A stretch of DNA of 28,452 nt from an uncultured Lachnospiraceae bacterium. Lineage in GTDB: Bacteria; Bacillota; Clostridia; Lachnospirales; Lachnospiraceae. Below the pieces are notes generated by a model that was not told the origin of the DNA, ran no database searches, and worked only from the letters and a program-made list of their open reading frames with translations. The stretch lies in NCBI GenBank assembly GCA_905236585.1, contig CAJOQZ010000010.1, positions 1 through 28,452 on the forward strand. The letters are read 5' to 3'. Below, one piece after another: positions 8,025-16,477 of the stretch. Each line of letters begins with the position of its first letter. The first letter of the stretch is position 1. The position numbers were made by a program, and so were the translations under genes.

Positions 8025-9065
8025 TTACTGCATTTCCTCCTGCCATTCGATCTCACCGATTTCCGCAACATCATATACCCGCTGCGGAATCCGCAGGATA
8101 AATTCCGTTCCGCTCCCAAGTTCGCTTTTTACCGCAACGGAGCCTTTCATCAAATCCAAAAGCCGCTTAACGATCGCCATGCCAAGCCCCGTTCCCTTAA
8201 ATCCCGCCTCGCGTCCATTCGGAGCGTTCCGATAAGAATCAAAAAGATGATCGACCGTCTCCCCCGATATGCCGCGCCCGGTATCTTTGACCGAAACCAC
8301 CAGCCCGATATCACCGGCAAACATCGGTTCCATTCCGACGGAAAGCGTCACTCCGCCCTCGTCGGTGTATTTTACCGCGTTCGATAAAATCGTAATCAAC
8401 ATCTGCTGGATGCGCGGTGCATCGCCGATCAGCATGGAGGGAATATGCGGATCGCTGTTGATCGTCATGGCGAGTCCCTTTTTTTTGATTTCCGGCATAA
8501 CCATATCGCGGCTCTCGGCGATCAGCTCCGCCAGGCGGTATGGCGACGAATGAATCTGCATGGTCTTGGAAATAATCATGGACAGATCGACCATTTCGTT
8601 GATTACCAGCGAGATGTCTTCATTTGCATCGATCATCTCCATGATCCGCGCCCTGACCTCCTCGTTTTCCTTCTCGCCTAAAATGATTGCGCTCTTGTCC
8701 GATATCGCATTGACCGGTCCCCATAACTGCCGCGCAACGTCGCTGATATTGGCGCTGCTGAAATCCTCCTGAATCGAAATATCCTCGACTATGATCTGTT
8801 TTTTGGAAATCTGAGCCGTAATCCCCCAGACAAATCCGCCAAATGCCGCAAAGCAGGAAAAAATTATCCAAGTCACCGGATTAGCAACGGCTTCCCTCAG
8901 ATACGCGCTGCCAATTACAACCTGCGTCTGCTCTGTGCCGTTTTCCCCCAACGCAAAGATGGAAAGAATCACGACAATCGCAACAACAATGCTGTAATTC
9001 AGCGCAATTCCACGATAGATCAGCGAATACTCGTCTGTTTTTTTGCTTCCCGCCCTTTTTTCCAT
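8025..9065 (-). CDS. Two-TM histidine-kinase-like protein: intact HATPase_c, H-box lacks His (pseudokinase candidate)
   Basis: N box LSNAVKYT, G1 DTGRG, G2 GTGLG intact. H-box region reads DVARQLWGP against canonical NMSHEIRTP. Start at MEKRAG (9065). Confidence 0.8.
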   Translation of the reverse strand: MEKRAGSKKTDEYSLIYRGIALNYSIVVAIVVILSIFALGENGTEQTQVVIGSAYLREAVANPVTWIIFSCFAAFGGFVWGITAQISKKQIIVEDISIQEDFSSANISDVARQLWGPVNAISDKSAIILGEKENEEVRARIMEMIDANEDISLVINEMVDLSMIISKTMQIHSSPYRLAELIAESRDMVMPEIKKKGLAMTINSDPHIPSMLIGDAPRIQQMLITILSNAVKYTDEGGVTLSVGMEPMFAGDIGLVVSVKDTGRGISGETVDHLFDSYRNAPNGREAGFKGTGLGMAIVKRLLDLMKGSVAVKSELGSGTEFILRIPQRVYDVAEIGEIEWQEEMQ

Positions 9066-9069
9066 TTTC

Positions 9070-10986
9070 TTATCTCGTTCCCCCGCTGTAAGACGCCGCA
9101 TCCACGACCTGCTGCGGTATTGTCACGACAATCGTCGTCCCGTGTTCGTTGGTTTCCTTGATCCGCACATTGCCTCCAAGCATCCGCGCCATCCCACCGA
9201 CAACGGACAATGACAATGTCGGCCCGTTACTATCCGCGTTCTGCTTCGTCATAACAAAGAGCCGGTTCGCGTTCACGTCTTTTGGGATTCCACCGCCGCT
9301 GTCCGCTACCGTGATCGTCAAATCTCCGCGCCGCACAAATCCCGCCGCCGAAAACGCAAGGCTGACATGAACCCCGCCCTCTTTTGTAAATCGAAACGAT
9401 GACGCGAGCAGGGAATTTATGATCCGTTTTATTTTCTCCACATCCCCTAAAAGCGCCTTCGGCACCATAGGATCGACGTCACATGAAAACTGAATATCTT
9501 TATTGGTGCGGTAGATCTCCGCCCGCCGCCCAATCGCCCGCACAAGGCTCTCCACCTCGTACGGAATATTCTGCGGGGATAACATTTTCGTTTCGAGTTT
9601 TACATAGTCGGCAATATCGTCAAGCATCGACAAAATCCTTGCCGCCTCGTCATGGATGTCATCCGCCGCTTTCCTTGTCCATTGGCTATTACAGATAGAC
9701 GCGATTGCCGCGCTTTGCGTCTGAACGATCTCTGTGGGGCGTTCAATCGCATTGGATACATTTTCCAGCAAGGCGTTGCGCATCCTCGACTGTGCCACAA
9801 CTGTCTGCCGCACCGTCATGTGGCGCAGATGCCGCTGCCGCACCCAGATAAAGCAGCACAACAAAAATGTCAGTACGCCGATGATGAAAAAGGTTCCATC
9901 CCCAAACTGCGGCAGAACGTAGTATACAAAAATCTCCGCCAGCCCGCACGCCGCCATGATCAGACTTGCCGCGACGATCCAGCGGATGTTGGCATATATT
10001 TCCTTTTCATGGAGTTTAAGGAGGATGATCGATACCAAGCCGCAGACCGTCGATATCGCAATCGCCGCGTGAATCACCCATATGATCATCAGCATATCGC
10101 ATCCCACCGCCGTCAGCAAAAGGTCTAAAAGCACCACGCCGAGATTCAATATGCTTACGATATCAAACGCCTTCCCGTACCGCCGCTGTTCGCAAATATC
10201 CATAAAACGCGCCATGGGAAACGGCACCATCGCCAGCATAAGCGTCTCAATCCATTGCAGCCACGCCGTGTTCCCGACAAAGATCTGCCCGGCATTCGTC
10301 TGCAGCACGAACCATGCTCCGACGCAGAACGACAACATTCCAAGATAATTATAGGGCAGCCGCAGTTCGCGGTCCGCCTGTGCAAAACTAATTCCGAACA
10401 GCATCATTCCGTAGAACAGGATCAGCATCCCGACCACCATTACGAACAGGGTGCCATGGAAGTTATGATACAGCACCGCCCTGGGACTTCCGATCAAAAT
10501 CTCGTTCAAAACGCCGATATAACGCTGCTCTTTGCTGGTATAGGTAACCGACAGGTCTTTTCCCGCATCCTGTTGTGAGATTGGAATAAAGCGGACGCCT
10601 TTTGACGGAAGATTCGTCTCGAAAAAACTGTCCGTCCCATTATAATGCTCACGCAAATCGCCGTCGATGTAGACGTAGGCTTCCTGATGATACGGATAAT
10701 ACGCCAAATATGTCTCGCCCGCATATACTTCCGGCAGTTTTGCCGTAACCGTCACGCTGCCGCCGCGCCTTACGCCAATCCGGTTCGGAAGGTGAATTTC
10801 CCCGCCTTGCATATCGGACGTTTCATAATGAATCGGATTCGGCAGCACTGTACAGCCGCCCCGCGATACATCAAAAAAAGCCGCCGCGATACAAAGCGAC
10901 ACGAAAAACATCAGTACCATGACAAAAGCAAGGTACAAATATAGGAGAACGCGACCCGGGCGCATTGTGCTTGCAAAATTCTTCAT
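9070..10986 (-). CDS. Multi-TM sensor (extracellular domain plus about 7 TM, 7TM-DISM-like) with degenerate histidine kinase domain
   Basis: H-box NVSNAIERP (His to Asn), N box LASSFRF, G2 GPTLSL degenerate, G1 DSGGG retained. Start uncertain (11052, 10986 or 10965). Confidence 0.75.
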   Translation of the reverse strand: MKNFASTMRPGRVLLYLYLAFVMVLMFFVSLCIAAAFFDVSRGGCTVLPNPIHYETSDMQGGEIHLPNRIGVRRGGSVTVTAKLPEVYAGETYLAYYPYHQEAYVYIDGDLREHYNGTDSFFETNLPSKGVRFIPISQQDAGKDLSVTYTSKEQRYIGVLNEILIGSPRAVLYHNFHGTLFVMVVGMLILFYGMMLFGISFAQADRELRLPYNYLGMLSFCVGAWFVLQTNAGQIFVGNTAWLQWIETLMLAMVPFPMARFMDICEQRRYGKAFDIVSILNLGVVLLDLLLTAVGCDMLMIIWVIHAAIAISTVCGLVSIILLKLHEKEIYANIRWIVAASLIMAACGLAEIFVYYVLPQFGDGTFFIIGVLTFLLCCFIWVRQRHLRHMTVRQTVVAQSRMRNALLENVSNAIERPTEIVQTQSAAIASICNSQWTRKAADDIHDEAARILSMLDDIADYVKLETKMLSPQNIPYEVESLVRAIGRRAEIYRTNKDIQFSCDVDPMVPKALLGDVEKIKRIINSLLASSFRFTKEGGVHVSLAFSAAGFVRRGDLTITVADSGGGIPKDVNANRLFVMTKQNADSNGPTLSLSVVGGMARMLGGNVRIKETNEHGTTIVVTIPQQVVDAASYSGGTR

Positions 10987-11167
10987 GCAAAACATTTTAC
11001 AATAACTTGTGCATTCCCGCAAGATGTGATATACTGAACAAATAAATCGCATTATACCGTATTATTATGATAATTTCATATTTTTTTGACCACTGATCAG
11101 GTTGAGACACGAGCATGTTCCACCGTCGTGTTTAGCATAAGCGAGAACAGCGAAAGGAGGGACGCAC

Positions 11168-11422
11168 ATGGCTCAAAAGAAATTAAGCGCCGAGGACATC
11201 CGCACGTTAATGAGCAATCCGCACGTTATGGATGCGAATGAAGCCCGCATTCTGTATACGCCGGAGTTCAAAAAGCATTTCATGGATGAATACCACGCGG
11301 GAAAAGGCCCGACGCAGATCTTTCGCGAGAGCGGCTTTGATCCCAAAATGCTTGGGGGCAAGCGAATTGAGCGTGCGACTGCCCGTTGGAAAATCGCTTA
11401 TGATAAGGGACGAATCTCTTGA
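11168..11422 (+). CDS. Small HTH protein resembling the N-terminus of Firmicute IS3/IS150-type OrfA
   Basis: NPHV...ILYTPEFK...PTQIFRESGFD...KRI..A..RW pattern; strong RBS AAAGGAGG; no transposase catalytic ORF follows. Confidence 0.65.
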   Translation: MAQKKLSAEDIRTLMSNPHVMDANEARILYTPEFKKHFMDEYHAGKGPTQIFRESGFDPKMLGGKRIERATARWKIAYDKGRIS

Positions 11423-11445
11423 AGGGTTCGTCCCTTTCTTTTTTT
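11421..11445 (+). terminator. Rho-independent terminator after the HTH gene
   Basis: GAAGGG-TTCGT-CCCTTT followed by CTTTTTTT. Confidence 0.55.
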
Positions 11446-11494
11446 CAAGAACTACCCTTCCCTATTAAAATCAATCATCATCCAATCCCTCATT

Positions 11495-11561
11495 GAGAAC
11501 AAACAAATCGCCCTGTTCGACGGCAAGAATGCCTTAAGCTCGCACGGAGATTGCTTGTTCT
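11495..11561. repeat. Interspersed palindromic repeat, copy 3 of 4 (most diverged)
   Basis: GAGAACAAACAAATCGCCCTGTTCGACGGCAAGAATGCCTTAAGCTCGCACGGAGATTGCTTGTTCT. Confidence 0.85.
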
Positions 11562-11585
11562 TATTATAAAATGTCCATTCTTCTC

Positions 11586-11638
11586 TTGACATTTACAAAT
11601 AAACGCGTTATATTGAATATATGAACAGTTGTTCAAAT
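11586..11638 (+). promoter_or_regulatory. Sigma-A promoter plus ArsR/SmtB-type operator
   Basis: TTGACA 11586-11591, 17 bp, TATATT 11609-11614. Imperfect inverted repeat ATATGAACAGTTGTTCAAAT (11619-11638) over the start site, resembling SmtB/CadC/CzrA operators. Confidence 0.8.
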
Positions 11639-11676
11639 GAACATTTCTATAAATCCAAAGGAAAGGACTTAAGCCT

Positions 11677-11985
11677 ATGTTTATCTCACAGAATTTTTCG
11701 CCGCCGAGGGAAGAAACCTTATACGATTTGGCGGAACTTTTCAAAATCTTCGGCGACTCGACGCGCATTCGAATTTTATTCGCGCTGTTCGATGCCGAGA
11801 TTAACGTAGGCGCACTTGCCGATGCGCTTAACATGACGCAGTCCGCCGTTTCCCACCAGTTGAAAATATTAAAACAATCCAAACTTGTCGGCTCGCGCCG
11901 TGAAGGCAAGTCCATGATCTATTTTTTGGCAGACGATCATGTGCGGACGATCATCCAGCAGGGTTTGGACCATATTGAAGAATAG
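11677..11985 (+). CDS. ArsR/SmtB-family metal-responsive repressor
   Basis: ELFKIFGDSTRIRIL, QSAVSHQL HTH, alpha5 site DDH-x10-HIEE. Confidence 0.92.
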   Translation: MFISQNFSPPREETLYDLAELFKIFGDSTRIRILFALFDAEINVGALADALNMTQSAVSHQLKILKQSKLVGSRREGKSMIYFLADDHVRTIIQQGLDHIEE

Positions 11986-11995
11986 GAGGCACCTT

Positions 11996-12211
11996 ATGAA
12001 AAAGAAATTCAAATGCGAAGTGGACTGCGCGAACTGCGCGGCAAAAATGTCGGAAGCCGTAAAAAAGATCGACGGCGTAATAGACGCCAATGTGAATTTT
12101 ATGACGCAGAAGTTTACGCTCGAAGCGGAGGACGATCGTTTTGACGATATCGTTAAGCAGGCGGTCGCAGCATGCGAAAAGATCGAACCGGACTGCGTCA
12201 TTGAAATTTAG
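11996..12211 (+). CDS. Stand-alone heavy-metal-associated (HMA) domain protein
   Basis: DCANCA metal-binding loop; ATG 11996 after AGGAGG. Confidence 0.88.
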   Translation: MKKKFKCEVDCANCAAKMSEAVKKIDGVIDANVNFMTQKFTLEAEDDRFDDIVKQAVAACEKIEPDCVIEI

Positions 12212-12283
12212 CGGCAACTGTTTTTGCCATCGGAACAACTGCGTTTAACGAAGAGCATTTTTCGACATAGGCGGACGATCAAC

Positions 12284-14194
12284 ATGACAAAAAAACAGAA
12301 AAAAACCTTATACAGAATCCTGCTTACCGCAGTGATCTATCTGATCCTTTTAGCGGTAAATTCCGCGCTGCCGCTTGCCGCAGTACTGCCGCAGCCGGGC
12401 ATTTTCCTGTTGTTTTTGATTCCGTATCTGATTATCGGATACGATATCATTTGGAAGGCGGCACGCAACATAAAAAACGGTCAGATTTTTGACGAAAATT
12501 TCCTGATGATGGTTGCGACATTCGCGGCATTCGCTATCGGTGAATACGCGGAAAGCGTCGCGGTTATGCTATTCTACCAAATCGGCGAATTATTCCAAAG
12601 TTACGCCGTCGGCAAAAGCCGGGCGTCCATCACGGAAATGATGAGCCTCGCTCCTGATACAGCGTTCGTCGAACGAGGCGGCAAGGTAGAGGAAGTCGAT
12701 CCCGAAGACGTCGCCATCGGCGATATCCTGCTGATCCGTCCCGGCGAAAAGATTCCTCTTGACGGCGTCGTGGTAAGCGGTACCTCCTATATCGACACCT
12801 CCGCCTTAACCGGTGAATCGGTGCCAAAAAAAGCCGATATCGGCGATGATGTGATTAGCGGCTGCATCAACGGCGAAAGCACCCTCCGCGTCCGCGCCGC
12901 CAGGATTTATGAAGACTCCACCGTTGCCCGTATCTTAGAACTGGTGGAAACAGCAAGCGAGAAAAAAGCGCGTCTCGAAAATTTCATTACGCGTTTTGCA
13001 AAATATTATACACCCGTCGTAACGATCGGCGCCGCGGTACTTGCCGTTCTGCCGCCGCTTATTACGGGTTCCCCGTTCTCCGGCTGGATACGTCGTGCGT
13101 GCATCTTTTTGATCGTATCCTGCCCGTGTGCGCTGGTGATTTCCGTGCCGTTAGGGTTTTTCGGCGGGATCGGCGCCGCTTCGAAGATCGGCGTTTTGAT
13201 CAAAGGCAGCAACTATTTGGAGCGTTTAAGTTCCCTGCATACGATCGTCATGGACAAGACGGGAACCTTAACAAAGGGCGAATTTAAGGTTCAAAAAGTC
13301 ATCTCCGCAAACGGCGCGGTTATTTCTGCAACAGATCTTTTGCTCCTTGCGGCAAAAGCAGAGCACTTTTCCACCCATCCGATCGCAAACAGCATCCTTG
13401 CCGCCTGCGAGGGGAACGTAGACGTTTCGGACGTAACGGATACGAAGACCGTCTCCGGCGAGGGGATTTCGGCGGTCGTAAACTCCTCCGGCGAATCGTA
13501 TCGCCTGCTCGTCGGAAACGAAAAACTGATGCGCACAAACGGGATCGATTTTACCGCAAGCAAAGACGCGGGAACCGTCCTTTATGTGGCAAGAGACGAT
13601 ACGTTCTTAGGCACGATCATCATCGACGATACCATAAAAGAAACTTCCGCCGCAGCAATTGCGTCCATGAAAAGGGCTGGCATTGCCGAAAGCGTCATGC
13701 TGACCGGCGACAATGCCGCCACCGCAGAATCGGTCGCGGACAAATTAAAGATTGACCGGTTTTATGCCGGACTGCTGCCACAGGATAAAGTCGCCTGTTT
13801 AGAGCGCATCATGCAGGATGCAAGTGCGGAAAAAAGCAACGCGAAGACGGTCGGCTTTGTCGGCGACGGCATCAACGACGCGCCGGTTTTGATGCGCGCG
13901 GATGTCGGAATCGCTATGGGATCTTTGGGCAGCGACGCCGCCATCGAAGCGGCGGACATTGTAATCATGGACGACGACCTGCAAAAAATCCCGCGGGCAT
14001 ATGCCATTGCGCGGCAGACGGTCCGCGTTGTCCGGCAGAACATCATATTTGCGATCGGCGTCAAACTCCTTGTGCTCTTGCTTGGCGCATTGGGATATGC
14101 TACTATGTGGGAGGCGGTTTTCGCCGATGTCGGCGTCGCCGTACTTGCCATATTAAATTCCATGAGGGTACTGTCCAATGCTCCTAAAAAGTAA
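12284..14194 (+). CDS. cadA: Heavy-metal P1B-type ATPase (CadA/ZntA-like Zn/Cd/Pb/Co exporter)
   Basis: TGES, SCPC, DKTGT, HP, GDGINDAP motifs; no N-terminal metal-binding domain. Start taken at MTKKQKK (12284). Confidence 0.88.
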   Translation: MTKKQKKTLYRILLTAVIYLILLAVNSALPLAAVLPQPGIFLLFLIPYLIIGYDIIWKAARNIKNGQIFDENFLMMVATFAAFAIGEYAESVAVMLFYQIGELFQSYAVGKSRASITEMMSLAPDTAFVERGGKVEEVDPEDVAIGDILLIRPGEKIPLDGVVVSGTSYIDTSALTGESVPKKADIGDDVISGCINGESTLRVRAARIYEDSTVARILELVETASEKKARLENFITRFAKYYTPVVTIGAAVLAVLPPLITGSPFSGWIRRACIFLIVSCPCALVISVPLGFFGGIGAASKIGVLIKGSNYLERLSSLHTIVMDKTGTLTKGEFKVQKVISANGAVISATDLLLLAAKAEHFSTHPIANSILAACEGNVDVSDVTDTKTVSGEGISAVVNSSGESYRLLVGNEKLMRTNGIDFTASKDAGTVLYVARDDTFLGTIIIDDTIKETSAAAIASMKRAGIAESVMLTGDNAATAESVADKLKIDRFYAGLLPQDKVACLERIMQDASAEKSNAKTVGFVGDGINDAPVLMRADVGIAMGSLGSDAAIEAADIVIMDDDLQKIPRAYAIARQTVRVVRQNIIFAIGVKLLVLLLGALGYATMWEAVFADVGVAVLAILNSMRVLSNAPKK

Positions 14195-15848
14195 AACGTA
14201 TTTGTATCTGACCGAATTTTTCGCCGGTGTTTCCGTAATGGCGGTGGAACTGGGCGCGAGCCGTCTGCTCGCGCCTTATTTTTCTTCTTCGCAGATCGTC
14301 TGGACCATCATTATCGGCACGATCATGATCGCTATGGCGCTCGGGAATGTCTACGGCGGGAAAAAGGCGGACGCCGACCCGAATCCCGACCGATTGTTTT
14401 TACGCATTCTGATCGCGGGCGTCTGGATCGCCGCGATTCCGGTTGTCGGCAAATATCTGATCGTCGCCATATCTGCGATCGTAATATTTTCCGTCAATGA
14501 GTTCTACCTTGTATGGGCGGCGTTTGCGGCGTGCATGGCGATCTTTGTATTTCCTCTGTTCCTTTTGGGGACGACCACGCCGTCGCTTGTCAAATATACG
14601 GTGGAAAGTTTAGATGAGGGCGGCTCCGTTGTCGGACGGTTGAACGCCTGCAATACGATCGGAAGCATCATCGGCACGTTCCTGCCGACTTTTGTCACAA
14701 TTCCGCGTGTAGGGACGGCGGCAACTTTTTTGATTTTTTCCGGGATTCTGATCGCTCTCGCGGGCGTATATTTTTACACCGAACGGATGCATTTGAAAGC
14801 GGTTGCCGTTGCGCTCGTACTGTTTTTGCTCTGCTGTATTTTCGGACACAGGAGCAGTTTCGCATTTTGGGAAAAAGACCTGTCCTACGAAGGGGAGTCC
14901 GTCTATAACTATTTGCAGGTCAAAGAAAATGATGCAAACGTGATCCTATCCACGAACGTCCTCTTCGGCGTACAATCGCTCTACCGCAAGGACGGGGGAT
15001 TGACCGGCATGTACTACGATGTGGCAATGGCGGCGCCGTTTCTTGCCGGAGAGCCGGAGGAACCGAACATTTTAATTCTCGGTATGGGAAGCGGAACCTA
15101 TGCGACGCAGTGCTCCCGGTATCTGGAACATCCGACCATCGCCGGCGTGGAGATCGACGAGGCGATCATCGACCTGTCGCGGCGGTATTTTTATCTGCCG
15201 GACGACGTCGCGGTGGCGGAGTATGACGGACGCGCGTATTTGGACGCAGATGAAAACCTCTATGACGTGATCATGGTTGACGCGTATCAGGACATCACGA
15301 TTCCGTTTCAGATGTCTTCAAGGGAATTTTTCAAAAGCGTATACGATCACCTCGACCGTGACGGGATCATGGTCGTCAACTTAAATATGCGAAGCGACAC
15401 CGCCGGGAACATCAATGAATATCTTTTGGATACGATCGCCTCGGTTTTTGCTGACGTAATGACCTGCGACGTTGCATATTCTTCGAACCGCGAAGTTTTT
15501 GCGGCAAAAGATGCCGATATGCTGGCAAGATTTGACGAAATTACGGAGCATTTGGCAGACGAAGCGGCATCTGCGAGGGATTCCGCAGTGCCGGATGAAA
15601 AAGATTCTCTAAGGTTTTCGCCAAGCGAGGCGTCAGGACAATATTCTCCATTGCTTTTAGATCAGCTTCGCTTTGTCCGGGACAACCTCATCGCTTATGA
15701 CGCCGGGGAACGCATCCTAACCGACGACAAGGCGCCCGTCGAACTTCTCGGGATTGCGGTGATCGACGAACTGATTACCGACGAACTTGCCTATTATAAA
15801 GCCGTGTACGAACGCGACGGACTGCGGGGGCTGATGAAAGGGCTATAG
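14178..15848 (+). CDS. Membrane domain fused to a spermidine-synthase-like/SAM-dependent methyltransferase domain
   Basis: N-terminal multi-TM region (ELGASRLLAPYFSSS, GSIIGTF) and C-terminal ILGMGSG, VEID, DVIMVDAY motifs. Confidence 0.85.
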   Translation: MLLKSKTYLYLTEFFAGVSVMAVELGASRLLAPYFSSSQIVWTIIIGTIMIAMALGNVYGGKKADADPNPDRLFLRILIAGVWIAAIPVVGKYLIVAISAIVIFSVNEFYLVWAAFAACMAIFVFPLFLLGTTTPSLVKYTVESLDEGGSVVGRLNACNTIGSIIGTFLPTFVTIPRVGTAATFLIFSGILIALAGVYFYTERMHLKAVAVALVLFLLCCIFGHRSSFAFWEKDLSYEGESVYNYLQVKENDANVILSTNVLFGVQSLYRKDGGLTGMYYDVAMAAPFLAGEPEEPNILILGMGSGTYATQCSRYLEHPTIAGVEIDEAIIDLSRRYFYLPDDVAVAEYDGRAYLDADENLYDVIMVDAYQDITIPFQMSSREFFKSVYDHLDRDGIMVVNLNMRSDTAGNINEYLLDTIASVFADVMTCDVAYSSNREVFAAKDADMLARFDEITEHLADEAASARDSAVPDEKDSLRFSPSEASGQYSPLLLDQLRFVRDNLIAYDAGERILTDDKAPVELLGIAVIDELITDELAYYKAVYERDGLRGLMKGL

Positions 15849-16373
15849 ATACCGCTTTGCGATTACCGTTTCTCCCGCACGAAGCGACTCCTGCACATCT
15901 ATAATCCGCTGGTTGCTGCTGCCGCGGAATCGGAGCGTAATATCCTTCTTTGCCAGAATAAATTCACCGTCTACAAGGATGTCCGTACAGGACAGCAGTT
16001 CCTCTGTCACCTCACAATGCGCCGCTCCGCTCTCCGGCAGGATGTCCGTCTCAAACGTGTAGCCGCTGTATATCCATAAGTCTTTCTTCGGAAACCGCAT
16101 ATCGAACATGCGCAGAAACGGCATCAGCCCCCGTTGGTTCTCCGGCTCTAAGGGTTCGCCGCCGAGCAGCGTCAGCCCGGCGATATAATCCGGCTCCAGT
16201 GAAGACAATATTTCCTGCTCGACTTCCTTTGAAAATGGCTCGCCGAAGTCGAAGTCCCACGTCTGCGGCTGAAAGCACCCCTCGCAATGGTGGGTGCATC
16301 CCGAAACGAAAAGCACCGTCCGAACGCCGATGCCGTTCGCAATGTCCTTGTATTTGATAGCAGCGTAATTCAT
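15843..16373 (-). CDS. nrdG: Anaerobic ribonucleotide reductase activating enzyme (radical SAM)
   Basis: CTHHCEGC radical SAM motif, LLGGEP, RGSSNQR; follows nrdD. Confidence 0.95.
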   Translation of the reverse strand: MNYAAIKYKDIANGIGVRTVLFVSGCTHHCEGCFQPQTWDFDFGEPFSKEVEQEILSSLEPDYIAGLTLLGGEPLEPENQRGLMPFLRMFDMRFPKKDLWIYSGYTFETDILPESGAAHCEVTEELLSCTDILVDGEFILAKKDITLRFRGSSNQRIIDVQESLRAGETVIAKRYL

Positions 16374-16403
16374 GCTTTTCCTTATCAGTACAACGTCCGA
16401 TAT

Positions 16404-16466
16404 CTGTATCTCCCGATTAACGTCCCTGTTTATAAATGTAATACCCGGGGCTGTATCTCCCGATTA
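16404..16466. repeat. 16-bp direct repeat in the nrdD-nrdG spacer
   Basis: CTGTATCTCCCGATTA at 16404-16419 and 16451-16466. Confidence 0.85.
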
Positions 16467-16477
16467 GTACAACCCTC

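Noticed and set aside
11168-11422. Intact IS3-family element
   Set aside because: No DDE transposase ORF, frameshift signal or terminal inverted repeats are visible; a terminator follows immediately.
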